Both the position numbers and the translations under genes were made by a program. Below are positions 48,560-61,271 of a DNA stretch of 64,000 nucleotides, piece after piece. The notes under the pieces are model-generated. The model was given only the letters and a program-made list of their open reading frames with translations, made no database searches and had not been told where the DNA came from. Each line of letters starts with the position of its first letter. Positions within the stretch are counted from its first letter, which is position 1. This DNA comes from Leucoraja erinacea (Eukaryota), in contig NC_073410.1 of the NCBI RefSeq assembly GCF_028641065.1, positions 13,578,001 to 13,642,000 of the forward strand, read 5' to 3'.

Positions 48560-48885
48560 CATAGATACATGGATAGTAGGTGCAGGAGCAGGGCATTCAA
48601 CCCTTTCAATGTGATCATCCACAATCAGTATCCCGTTCCTGCCTTCTCCCCATATCCCTTGATTCCGCTAGCCCAAAGAGCTCTATCTAACTCTTTTGAC
48701 TGCATCCAGTGGATCGGCCTCCACTGCCTTCTGAGGCAGAGAGTTCCACAAATTCACAACTCTGGGTGAAAAAGTTTTTCCTCATCTCTGTTCTAAATGG
48801 CCTACTCTTACTCTTAAACTGTGGCCCCATGATTCTGAACTCCCCAACACCGGTAACATGTTTCCTGCATCTAGCGTGTCCTATC
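48560..48885 (-). mobile_element. CR1-type LINE 3' fragment in an NCOA4 intron
   Basis: 'RPFRTEMRKNFFTQ' remnant and the reverse complement of the shared 3' end. Confidence 0.75.
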
Positions 48886-50406
48886 AAATCCAGATGCTGC
48901 ATTATATAAAATTACTCTTGCATTAGAGGTCTTACAGATCCAACTAGTAGTAATAAATCAAGCCAGTGTGTAAATCAAAAGCTAAATCTAATGACTCTTT
49001 CAGACTGCATTGGCCAGTGCCCGATCGTTCATTTTTTCCCCCATTGTCTTCCTCCTGTTCACCTTCCACCTATAATATTGCATTTATTTGTTTTTCTCTG
49101 AACTGTCCTCTTCTCCACAGGACATGATCTGGTGCAAAATAGCTGACCATCTCCTGTCGGGCAGAAAATTCCATTTTACCATCCATTGACCAATACTACT
49201 CCCATGTCGGTCCAACATTGGAATTTTACACATCTTTGTTCTTATTCCCATATCCGTACAGGATCCCATGCACCGCATTTCTGCAGTTTTCATATATTTA
49301 ACTCTGTTTAATGTTGTAACCATTTATGCTTTCTTTCTTCATTAACCCCCCCTCCCCTTGAAATCGTGCTTTGCACCTCCTTATTAAAGCCCATTTGATC
49401 TCTGCTTTATCATTTGGTGACTAATTGACCCTCTGGCCTCAATTGTTTATTCTTTGCGTTGTTGGCATCTAAATGGAGACGGAGTTCTGTCAAGCCTGGT
49501 TTTACTTTTTTTGAATTTCAAAATGTATGTTATTATTGTGATCACCGAGTTTGATCATGTGAGGAGTTGCCACTTAGAATCTCTGGTTTGATGCAACTGA
49601 AAATCTAGTTTCGTAGTGATACTGAAAATGTGCCTTTGCCACTGAGCGAAACTACACCAAATCGCCCCCATGCGGCTTGTCCAATTGATTAGTGTTCTCA
49701 AAAATTGGAATTCCATTGTGTGTGCATGCATCAATTTGGCTGGAATATAGTGAGATAGTGCTGCCTTGTTGCTGATGGGACCATTGAAGTGCAACATTAA
49801 ACTGTGGCCCTTTATGCCATGAACCCCACTCCCCCCATTCAAAGGGGAAGTCCTTTCTCTGTGCTGGGCCATCTCCAGTTAGTGCTTCCTCTTCCTCTTT
49901 GTTAATTGTAGGTTACTGTTGTGCAAGCTGGCAACCTCATTTAGTCCCCGTGCACAGCATATCTTTATAATATAATTCATGGGGAATGGGTGCCTCTGTC
50001 ATTTGTTGTCCATAACAAATTGCCTTTGAACAGACTGGCCTGCCTGTTTATTGCTGAAGAATGGAATTACCTTAAAGGTTGACTACATTTTTGTGGAAAG
50101 GGTGTAAAGAGTGTGTGCAGCTAGACTAAACAGTGTGAGGTCAGGAAATTGCCCTTTGTTTCAAATTGAGATTAATGTACCCATTCAGTTTATGCAAATC
50201 CTGTACTTTCATATAACAGACAGTAAATTTTGATGCAACATTTATTAGCTAACTGTGGTGCACTTGGAACTCTTATCCATATAATTTGGACAGATCTTTG
50301 AATTACCAATATAATCATTGAGCTACCAATAGATCCTATAAATTTGTTTTTGATACATGTTGATGCAAATTTATGTTGTGTAAATGCAATTTCCATTTCC
50401 CTTTAG

Positions 50407-50495
50407 CTGCTTGGCCAGTTCAATTGCCTTATTCATCAATTGGAATATCCCCAGAATAACCAGCCAATTAATCAAATTACAGCCTGCCTGGAGAG
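50407..50495 (+). CDS. NCOA4: NCOA4 coding exon 3 (LLGQFNCLIHQLEYPQNNQPINQITACLE)
   Basis: Acceptor tttccctttag, donor AG|gtgagt, 89 nt, phase 0/2. Confidence 0.97.
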
Positions 50496-51325
50496 GTGAG
50501 TTGATTTGAATTCCAGCAACATTTCTTTGCAATTGATATTTAAATAGAAATTTATCTTCAGCAATCTCTAGAGAGAATTGTATCGGCTTTTCTCTTGGGC
50601 TTAATACCTGTAGCTGTCAGGAGCAGCACTCCACTCTAGGGATCTGGCTCTGAATGACTGCTTGCTTGCAGAGGCCCTCCTAGTTTCACCCCACATCCCA
50701 GAGGTAAAAATGGTAATTAACTAGTATGTTAGATTAATTGTTACTGTAACTGGCAAGTGGGAAGCAGAAGAAGAATCAAAGGGATGTTGATGGATATGTG
50801 AGTGGGAATAAATTGCAGGGAATTGAGAAAGCTAATGGGACTGTTGGGAGTTGTGTCGCAGAAAGCAAGCTCTGTTTAGTGCACAGTTGGGTATAACTGA
50901 AAAGTGGGATTCTGTGACTTAAGGGATCTCGATTCAATCACTTAAATAATGGCACGTCATTAAATATTAAATAAATAATCACGAAGACATGCAGATAGCA
51001 CAGCGGTAGAACTGCTGCCTTACATCGCTGGAGACCCGTGTTCAATCCTAACTACCGGTGCTATCTGCACCGAATTTGTACGTTCTCCCTGTGACCACGT
51101 GGGTTTTCTCTGGATGTTCTGGTTTCCTCCTGTACTCCAAAAGATGTACAGGTTTGCAGGTTAATTGGCTTTGGTAAAATTGTAAATTGTCCCTCGTGTA
51201 TTAGATAGTGTTAGTATACGGGGTGATCGCTGGTTGGTGCGGATTCAGGGGGCCGAAGGGTCTATTTCCGTGCTTCCGGAAAGAGGCTAAAAGACCTTTC
51301 ATTGATATTGACACTTCATTTCCAG

Positions 51326-51434
51326 ATTGAAGGACCTGACCCTAAAACCAGAGGAATCTCCCGACCTGAATTTTGAAGCCGATATCCCTTCACTCCGCCA
51401 AGCCATCACAAGCTTCGGGGCCATCAAAACTCTG
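51326..51434 (+). CDS. NCOA4: NCOA4 coding exon 4 (RLKDLTLKPEESPDLNFEADIPSLRQAITSFGAIKTL)
   Basis: Acceptor ttcatttccag, donor CTG|gtaaca, 109 nt, phase 2/0. Confidence 0.96.
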
Positions 51435-52517
51435 GTAACAGTCTTAAACTTTCTTGCTATAAGAGTTTAAAAAAAAAACTAAACTAAGAGAAGTTTATCT
51501 TTGTAATATTTAGTGGAGCAAAGCATCTTAATTTTTTTTAAATTATAAGCGGATAAATTGAGATGAGAAAAGATCCTTTTATTTTCTGTTCACTAGTTGT
51601 TATTTCACAATACTTCAGGCTTTTACTGGCAAGTTACCATTGTGGTATCCTTGAGAAAAGTTGCTTCTCTGTACTGGATGTTGTAAGTGCAGGTTGGGTC
51701 CAACAAGGTTTTGTAGAATAAAACCACCAACTATTATCGTAAATTTAAACCGTAGGATGTGCATCTTTTTCATTTTTACCACTGACTTCCAGTCGCCCTC
51801 AAATTTACTTGGACCAATTCTCTCCCCTTTCCTCATCCCTTTATCTACTCCTCAGTAGACAAGCTATCCACTGACATTTATGACAATCCCACCGACTCCC
51901 ACGCCTACCTAGATCCTGTCTCTTGTAAGCCCAGAGGAAGGGTCTCAACTCCAAACATCATCTATCCACTTCCCTTCACACATGCTACCTGACTCGCTGA
52001 GTTCCTCAACAGCTTTTGTTTCTTGCTATCAGAACTGCAACTTTGTACGTTTAGGTTGTGCACATTTGTTATGTTGTTCCCAAAGAAATGTTCTTCTTTC
52101 ATACCCGGGTTAAAAGGTGTCAATAGGAATTGCTTCATGACACAGTTACTTGAGAAGTATAATCTCTGCCATGCAAAAGCTGCTTTGATCACCAAAGTGA
52201 TGGGGGAGAAATTGTGACAATGCCTATGCTCATAATGAAATTGTGAATGAATTCTGAGACTTTTGGCTTGTAATCTAAACCTCATTGTGAAATTACATGT
52301 TTATCTTAACAGATGTAACAATGTGGTCTCTGGGGCTGAATTGTTTTCAAGGAAAAGGCAGATGACCAAATAGAGTTCCAAGGTTTTGGATAGTGAATCG
52401 GTTGCCGTTCGTACCATATATAACCCTGGGTCTAAGATTGGCGGCAGTGACCAATGCTAATTGACATGTTTTGGCTGCATAAATCAACTGATTAAATTAA
52501 TTTCTGATCTGATGTAG

Positions 52518-52595
52518 GGTTCAGAAAGAGATTGCAGGAACTCTTGCACCATGGCAGCTGACCTGGATTACTGCTTAATACCAATGCTGACAAAG
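52518..52595 (+). CDS. NCOA4: NCOA4 coding exon 5 (GSERDCRNSCTMAADLDYCLIPMLTK)
   Basis: Acceptor ctgatgtag, donor AAG|gtaaac, 78 nt, phase 0/0, open frame; poorly conserved linker, so supported mainly by splice signals and position. Confidence 0.7.
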
Positions 52596-53392
52596 GTAAA
52601 CTGTCTTTTTACATACAGAGCGCCACATTGCACTGTTTGTATTTCTATTGATCTTGATTCATCTGTGCTTAATAGCTGTCATCTTTCATTCTTTATTTGC
52701 TGGTATGTGTACACAAAGTACAAACCACAGTAAGTATACAATTGAATGAATGCTATAAATTACCTTGGGATTGGCTTAGTTACTAAATGCTATTGAACTC
52801 ATCAGGAATGCACAGATCCTGGAAAGTATTCCATCAGGATTTGAGTATAAACTTGAGTAATGTTGGTGATTACAGCCTTGATTTTCAGAGACTGGATCTC
52901 AAAGGTTCAAATTCTAAATTCCAATAGGACCATCGCTGAACATATAAATCAATTTGTCCAAATGTGAAGCGGCCTATTCTGAGGTGTAAGCTGATTCATA
53001 AGTGAGTTGGACATTGGGTTATAATACATAATGATCACAGTTATTACAAATATTATCAATCTTATCTGCTTTTGACTATCATGTACCTTAATTTTGGCTG
53101 CTATTAGTTGTAACTTTGCACTTTGTGATCTCTTTGAAACTAAAATCATGAAACTATCAGTTATGTGAACTGTATTAATAATTAATAATATGTTCTTATT
53201 ATAAGAGGTACACTGTGTGAATGTCTTTACATTTGAAGTGTGCTATTGATTTATATTTAATGGATAGACTTGGATTGTTCTTCCTGGAGTTGAGGGGAGA
53301 CATGATAAAAGTATGTAGAATTATGAGAGGCATAGATAGAGAGACTATCAGAATCTTTTCCCCCAGGGTGGAAATGTCCAGCTAGAGGGCAT

Positions 53393-53432
<40 letters not shown>

Positions 53433-53921
53433 TCGGTGATGTGCAGGGCAGGTTTTGTTTTATACAAGAGAGTGGTGGGGGCATGGAATGCAGTACCAAG
53501 GGTGGTGGAGGAGGCAGGTAGAATAGTGACGTTTAAGAGGTTTATAGATAGGTGTATGGCAGTGTGGGGAATAGAGGGTTATAGATCACGTATAGGCAGA
53601 TAAAATCAGTTTAACTTGGTACTATGTTCGGCACAGACGTTGTGGGCTGAAGGGCCTATTTACCGTGTTGCACTGTTCTATGAAATATCATTCATGTTAA
53701 AGGTAGTATTGAAATCTGAATATTAAAACCAGTATTAAGAAAAGTGCTGACCCAAAATGTCATCCTCCATTTCCTCCCAAGATGCTGCCTGACCCACTGA
53801 GTTCCTCCAGTACTTTATATTTTGTTTAACATTCGGTATTGCTGATTTCAGTATTTGCAGCACCTACATTATTTTGCATCTAATATGCATTAATGCATTA
53901 ACTTTGGCTCTTTTCTTGCAG

Positions 53922-54035
53922 AAGGCAATCCCCAATGGAAACGAGTGCCCGCTCGCTGACTGGCTGCGCAGCCCCCCTGCTGTGCGGATGCCATTCATTA
54001 ACATGCAAGATCGGCCACTCAAGCAGCCCAGCCAG
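53922..54035 (+). CDS. NCOA4: NCOA4 coding exon 6 (KAIPNGNECPLADWLRSPPAVRMPFINMQDRPLKQPSQ)
   Basis: Acceptor ttttcttgcag (NAGNAG, CAGAAG), donor CAG|gtgggt, 114 nt; 'PLADWL' resembles human 'PFSEWL'. Confidence 0.88.
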
Positions 54036-57000
54036 GTGGGTATCAGTTTAGCTGTAGGTTCGTCGAGTCATAAGCCCGCAAAAGGGCTCCCTGCTATTCT
54101 GAGTCTGCCACCCTGCTCCTCCCACCTACTACTTACCAGGGGTAATACCATGGCCAATTTGCCTACCAATACGTGTCTTTTTAAGGTGAAGTTGGCCTAT
54201 ACGGTCAAGGCAGGAGGATTTGCAAACTCCACACCGATGGTACAAAATTGTGTTAAGCAAGAATTATTTATACATTTCTATATAAGATAGAATGGTTGAT
54301 GCTGTCTCCAAACAGCTTGTTAATCGTTCCAGTCATGACTTCAAGCAGTTTGTTCATCAACCACCAACTCTGTGTTGCAATGAAATAACTTTCCCCACCC
54401 TTAAAGTTCAATATTCTTTGAAATAAAAGGTGCGGTTGTTACAAATGTGGAAATGTATTGGGTGGGAATGCTCAGGAGGTTGGGCAGTATCTGGATGGTG
54501 GGGGAAAATACTCTCAGGATGGCCTTTCGTCAGGACAAGATGAAAACTGAAGTTTTACGATACAGTGAGAGAGGAGAAGAGAAATATCAAAAGGGATGGT
54601 TGTGCAAGGCACACGGGTATAGTAATAGATCATGACAAAAAAAAGGGGAGGCATAAGTAGAAGCAGCAGTGTTTGTAACCTGTGTATTCTGTCAAAAAAC
54701 TACTAACCTGTGTCTGTGCAGCTGCAAATAAGTAGGCTTGGAGGGTTATGGACCAAGCGCAGGCAAGTGGGGCTAGGGTAGCTGGGACATTGTTGGCCGG
54801 TGTGGGCGAATTGGGTCGAAGGGCCTGTTTCCACACTCTGTGACTATGAAGTTATGCCTGGTCAGTCTACAATCGAAGGGTATGAACACTGTTTTTTCTT
54901 ATTTCTGACAATACTCCCTGTGCACCTTTCTCTTTCCTGGTTCTCCCCTCCACCAGGATGCATCTGCCTATTACCCAGCACAATGCACTCAAAGTGTTCT
55001 AAACCTTTATCGCCTCACTTATCATTTTCTGGCATGCACAGCCTCCCGTCTCCACTCGCCACCTTCCATTTTCCGGCTCTATCTGACTGTACTTTTTTCT
55101 TTCTCGTGTCTGTACCTATCACCCACCTGCTGCTTTCTCCCAACTCCACCACATTCCTCTCTCCCACCTGGCTCTACCTGTACACTGCCTCTTTCCTCAC
55201 CTGCCTTGCCCTCACAATCACCTTGTCTGCATTCTGGCAGTGCCTTGACTTGAGACACCAACAACCCCCATTCCCTCCACAAATGCTACCTTTTCTGCTG
55301 AGTTCCCCCGGTTTTATTTTTACCACAGACTACAGGATCTGCTCTTGTGTGGCTCCGGGAACTCGTGCAACCCACTCTTCAATTAAGCACGGTTATGTTT
55401 TGAGCTTGATTGGAGTGTCCAGGAGGCTGAGGAGAGTCGTATAAAGTTTTAAAGTGGTGATTGATTTGAAGCTCAGGATTCATGGTTGCCCAGTTTCCTC
55501 GTTGCTTCCCCCATGTAGAAATGACATTATGAACAATCAGACACACAAATTACAAATGCTTGTTGATTGGCATTTCACCTGGAATGAGAATGGGTGCTCC
55601 AGATAATGGGAGAGCAGGAAGTAGTATCAATTGTATGTCTTGTGGTTATACAAGAATGTTCTACGGAAATTCGAGTGAAGCAAATGTTCCCTTTGAATGC
55701 TGAAAGGGAAATATGTTCGAACAACATCCTGATTCTTAAGAGATGACATTTATTGGCATTTGATTGATGTAACACTTGGTTTACACATTCTTTCTTAACT
55801 TTGCCTAGTTACGGTGTGAGGTATCTTGATTCTTTCGCCTTGGGATAATTATGATGGGAATGTTTCCATTTTTGTTTTAAGGCTTTGGTTTATGTATGGT
55901 TTGGTTCGTCTCTCTCTACTGGATATTGAAGTGGAGTCAGAGTATCTCAGCAGGTCAGGTAGAATGGGCGTTGTTTAGGGGTTGAGACCCAAACCAGCAT
56001 CAATAGTTTCCCTGTGTCTATATTGAAGTGGAGTGTTTTGCAATCCCTCCAATTCAATGCATTTTATTTACAATTTAGAGAATATAACTTTGTTGAGGAA
56101 ACTGTTTATGATTGCTGAGCAACTTCTATCAGTCATTAGAACGAAGGAGACGGCTGTTATATTGCATAACTTAAAACTATTGCGCACCATTGCCCTGATA
56201 TTTTTGCTTTGGCATTGGTACTGGTAAAACAGGATTTAACTTGGTGTAATAAGCATGGCAAGCCAAGTTTTACTCTGTATGTCAGCATAAGGAAGAGATG
56301 AAGTAACATTGTGATTTGATAAAAGTATTTGTAATTAATGACTACATAGGCCAAGAGTTCAAGTATTTCAAATAGTAATCAGCATGCAATTTAAAAAACT
56401 GTAATAAAAAATGATTATAATTGAATTCTAACCCATTTAGTTATTAATTACCAATACATTTTTATCAAATCTCAATGTTGATTAGATCACATTAAACGCA
56501 TAGTGAGGATCTAGCCATTTCAAACATTGTGAATTCATAATTGGGTAGCCAGTTTTAGTTTGATATTTTTTGTTATAACAATGTATGTTTGATGGTTTGT
56601 AATGTGGGCTGAATCTCTTTGTAATTAATTTATCATGTTTATGCTACAGAGAGGGGACAATCATATTTGGCAACTATTGGAACTTCAAATAAATGTTTGA
56701 ATAGTTTTATTGAGGTAGTCAGGGAACATCATCAGTTTACAGAAGAGTTGCACATTGGGGAGAGGTGAATTCAATATGTCTATGGATAGTGGGAATTGAA
56801 AATATGTACTGCTTCAAAAATGACAATCGGTAACTAAAAGGCCAACAATAGTGGATATTGAATCCACTAAAATGATAGGTAAGCCAATGATGTTTGTTGG
56901 AGGGAACACTAGAAGACAAACAATTCATATTATGGCATTGAGTTGTGGCACAGGTGGATTACAGCAAAGCACTGAAAATCTGCTGTGTGATCATTTGGAG

Positions 57001-57362
57001 ATGCATTTGATTATTATCAGCCTCACCAGGTAACATTGGCACTTGCCACACGCCTGGGCCCCGGTTTCTGTGCTCCTCGACGTTACCGAAATGTTGTGTA
57101 ACATTATTTAAAAGAAAAAAAGATTATAAGTATATTTTACAATAAATAAAACAACATTCGATAGTATGAAAATCTGCCCATCCAGACTGTTAAGTCGTGA
57201 TGTGAATTAATGGAGTTTTACTGTATTTGGGAGCTTAGTTCAAATGTAAGCATCCCTGACCAGTTTAATGTAATTGATTGCAGAGTGGCGTTAAGATTCA
57301 TTGTATGGTGTAAAGCAGTTGCAATTGTCTGAAATTGACTCTGGTATTTAATTTTCCCACAG

Positions 57363-58562
57363 GGTTCATCGACAAACATGAGGGCTTGGGAATGTCAACA
57401 GGGCCTTGATCACTGGCTGTGTTCCAGTAACCAAAAGAACACCCTAACTGAGAACGTCATGACTCAACAATCCACTCAAACCACCACCAGCTGTAACCTG
57501 GGACCAAAGGACCCCGGCTATTATAGAGACCAGGCCTGGGGTAAACGGCAGGGCCTGGAGCACTGGCTGCTTCCCAACAAGCAGAAGAATGATGCAACGG
57601 AGAAAGCAACTGTACGACAATACTTTAATTCAACCCGTGAGAACCACACTGACATGAATTACTACAGGCTGCAGGCGTGGGGGCATCGTCAGAGCCTTGA
57701 GCAGTGGCTCATCCCTGTTGAGAAGAAATCTGATCCTTCCAAGGAAGCTCCTGTTTGTGAGCGTATTGAGTCGTCCAGTAGTTCGTCCACCTTTGAGCTA
57801 GTAGAGCAATTTGACATGGAGGTCGTGGACAAAGAGGAGAAAGAGCAGAAGCCACCTAATGCAAAGACGGGTGGCTCCAATGTGAAGCATGCACGTGTAG
57901 AGAAAATGAGCGACAACAGCAGCGATAAAGGCAAGTGGAAATCCATAACCCAGCCATTCAGAGAGAGGTTTATTGCCAGCGAGTGGCTTTTGAAGTCCAA
58001 GTCTGAATCCTGCATTAGTTGCTGTGGAGTTCAAACAAAAGCCATCGAAATCGAAAATCTTGGGAAGCTGAAGTGCCTGAGTGAGCACCAGAATGCCAAG
58101 AAGTTGCCACCAGCGTCACCGAATGAAGCACGGCACCTTCAGCAGTCAATGCTGCCAATTCAAGTTGCCGACGTGTGCAAGGCTAACGAGCCCTGCAGCA
58201 GCTTCTCTGCGTGTGTGTGTGGACGGAGCTGCGAGAAGGAAGCCATCAACGAGTGGCTACTCAAGCAAGGAGGGAAGGACAAGAATGGAGTGCAGACGGG
58301 CCAGCCGAACAAAGGCATCACAGCGCCAGACAAGAGCGAGTTAGACCAGTGGTTGCACCCCCTGACAAAATCGGCAAGAGAGCCACTACCCCTGGAGTCT
58401 TCTGTCAACGTTCCCGTGAAGTCACTAGAATATCTGAAGTCAAACACACCAGTCACCACGCCCATGAATCTGGATAAGTGGATGCACAAAATCCCCGCCG
58501 GTCCTGAGAAGGGAGCAGAGCTTGAAGTGGAAAATAAATTTTTGTTGCGCAAGAAAGCACAA
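57363..58562 (+). CDS. NCOA4: NCOA4 large coding exon 7 (400 codons)
   Basis: Acceptor ttttcccacag, donor CAA|gtaaga; contains [27 protein letters not shown]...CEKEA..EWLLK.GGKDKNG and LLRKKAQ. Confidence 0.97.
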
Positions 58563-58974
58563 GTAAGAATCTCTCCTCCCTTCCTGCTCCAGAAACTAGC
58601 TAGAGTTATGGTAATGTGGTCGCTATTTGTAAACATTGCAATAGATTTATTCATATTTATCACTTGGTTCTGTAGGTAACTAATTCAATATTGGGTGAGA
58701 AAAGCAATAGCCAGTGCAAAACAGAGTACTGCCCTAATCGTGTTGTCATTGACACTTTCTGAAATGCCCACTGCTGAAACAGGTCGTATACAGGGCCCCA
58801 CTATCGGAAAGAGACCTACTACTCTAGTGGATATTGATGGAGACGCAAGGGACGGCAGATGCTGGGATCTTAAGCCAAACATATATTAATGGATATTCAA
58901 TTGTTCTTTATACCTTTTCATAAAGCTAGTTTCACTCTCCCCGGCTCTCAGTCTGAAGAAGAGTCTCGACCCGA

Positions 58975-59170
58975 ATCGTCACCTATTCCTTTTCTCCAGA
59001 GATGCTGTCTGACCTGTTGAGTTACTCCAGTACTCTGTGAAACGTCACCTATCCATATTCTCCAGGGACACTGTCTGACCCGCTAAGTTACTCCAGCACT
59101 CGGTGAAATGTCACCTATCCATGTTCTCCACAGATGCTGTCTGACCCGCTGAGTTACTACAGCATTCTGT
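58975..59170 (+). repeat. Three tandem units of about 62-65 bp from the Penelope-derived short repeat
   Basis: 'gtcacctat..ttctcca..ga..ctgtctgacc..t.agttact.cag' occurs three times head to tail. Confidence 0.75.
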
Positions 59171-60550
59171 GTCTTATCCTCGGTCTTAAATGTGATGGGA
59201 GCTGTTTGACTCGATTGATTCAAGATTTTATTTTTGCTGAGCTGATTCTGCTCCCCTATTCCCATCTTGGTCTCCGCACCAGGTTGCACTTTTTAAAAAA
59301 AAAAGCCTTTAATGTGGGGAAAACATTGTGATCCAGTTCACAAGCATTGACACTGAGATACATTGAGCGATATCAGGATAGGTGAGGTCTATATTTAAAA
59401 CTATTATGAAGAGGAGGGATTTCAAGAAGAAATTACAATTGGGATTGAAAACTAAAGACCCCAGGTTGTGAAAATAAAACTTCAATGTTTTCATTCCCCA
59501 ATTGTGAAAAAGCTATTGGATAAAGAGTGGTCCCAAAATGATACATTGAACAATGGAAACTGTTCTGATCATTGGCACGTAATTTATTCAATATACGTAT
59601 TATTTATCTAATATACGTATTTATTTAATATACGTAATATGCCATTATGTTTCTAGTTTAATATTTGCAAAAAGGTTATGAAGGCATTATAGTTTATCTG
59701 GCATTGATTAACCATTAAATGGGATATTGGTTTTGGGTAACAATATTAGTATCCTTTTTACAGGTCAATGATTGAAAGCTGTGCTTATTAAATAATTAAG
59801 CTTGCAACCCACAGGAATGATGATGTGAGGAATGAAGGTTCTTATTGCTTGCCAGCTGTGCAAATGTGGCTTTGTTTTTATTTTAATTGAGCTAAAGCTT
59901 TCTTGATTTGGGAACAGCTTTGGTTAGAACTTAACCTTTGCTTAGATATGATTTATCTGGGATCTTAACCTCTAGTTGAATCAATGAGTTTTTTGTGATG
60001 TATTAGTCGCTTTCCATCGCATTCACTCAACAGCCCTTTTCAAGGCCGTGCATGTAAACATTGAATGCGTCATGCCATACTACACGTTGCTGATAGAGCA
60101 TTAAACAAACTCTGGCTGATGGTTGGAGATGTCATCGATCAGAGTTTGTTTTTCTACAGTCAATAGGTGATTCCAGAGAGATTCTGTACTTACGACCATG
60201 GAGCTGAACTGGATTAGAAGAGGCTGATGTATCACAGTACATTTTTTTTTTTTGTCATTCTGATCCAGTAAGAAGGCATTGGTTTCCAAAGGCCAAGGAC
60301 AGAAAGGTCAAATGGTTAGCAACCGGGAGATCCAATACGCATTGGCAGGCCTAGTGTTTAATGAAACGGCCGCCTAGTCTAACCTTAGTCTCTAACCACA
60401 TTGGCTGTTTTACCTATTCCCTGTTCAGTTAACATGAGCTTAGTGCAGTGCAGCTTAAGCAGTACAGTGGAAATTATCTTTCCAAGTTGCAGCATTCAAT
60501 AATCAACATTCCCTGATGTTTCATAAACCATTTACTGTTTTTGTTCGTAG

Positions 60551-60631
60551 GGACTGAATGGTATTCCTGAAGTGACCAATCTTTTCTCTAATCTAAGTTT
60601 TTCTGTTGGTCAGGAGAAGATTCCAGGAAAG
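60551..60631 (+). CDS. NCOA4: NCOA4 coding exon 8 (GLNGIPEVTNLFSNLSFSVGQEKIPGK)
   Basis: Acceptor ttttgttcgtag, donor AAG|gtcagt, 81 nt; resembles human 'YGLPAVCDLFACMQLKVDKEK'. Confidence 0.85.
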
Positions 60632-60677
60632 GTCAGTATCTGTGATATAGTGTCACTCATGCAAATGGACTGCCTCA

Positions 60678-60899
60678 CTGTCCCAAACATTATGGTGCTC
60701 TGAAATGGGGGGACTATGTATAAATACAGCTGTAATTTCTACATGGTCAAACCAAAATGTATAAAATGGCTTTTAATAACATCTGACAATGTGCATTTTA
60801 ACCACGTGATGTTTTCTATTACAAATCTCAAATTGTGGAGTACAGAGACAAATAAATAAATGATAGGTCTTTGTTCCAAACATTATGGAGTGCACTGTA
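60678..60899. mobile_element. Tc1-like terminal fragment (IR/DR type)
   Basis: Ends CACTG|TA; direct repeat 'tgt.ccaaacattatgg' at about 60679 and 60872. Confidence 0.6.
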
Positions 60900-61271
60900 C
60901 TTGTTCTGTGTGTCTGGAAAATGTGTTAATGTTATGTCTCACTTCATAGTTGCTGTTTATTATGAAACAAGATAACTAGCAGTTGGGTTTCTTTTGGTAT
61001 AAAGGAATCTTTAACTTACACTTAGATCTGTAAAATGCAAGATCTCTGGTAACTTTGTGCTTCTTTCAGTGGGGGGTGGGGGTGATGAATGAAGTCCTGT
61101 CTTCCACTGCTTTTGATGGGGCATGCCACTTGTTTTTTGTTATTGTAGTTGTGAGGAATTGGGTCTGATGTAGGTAGACACCTAATAATAGTTGGAGTGC
61201 AATCTTGTCACTTAAATTGTATAAACCTGACAACACATTCTGATTTGTGCATTTTTTTCTTTTCCATGTAG

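Noticed and set aside
54800-55444. 214-aa hydrophobic ORF
   Set aside because: Pyrimidine-rich decayed repeat sequence inside an NCOA4 intron; it starts in a CR1 tail and has no domain or splice support
58563-58679. Hydrophobic, transmembrane-like tail of the 433-aa ORF
   Set aside because: Lies past the consensus donor after LLRKKAQ and is intronic; only intron-retention reads would revive it
58975-59170. CRISPR-like regularly spaced repeats
   Set aside because: Eukaryotic context, no unique spacers and no cas genes; tandem copies of a retroelement fragment
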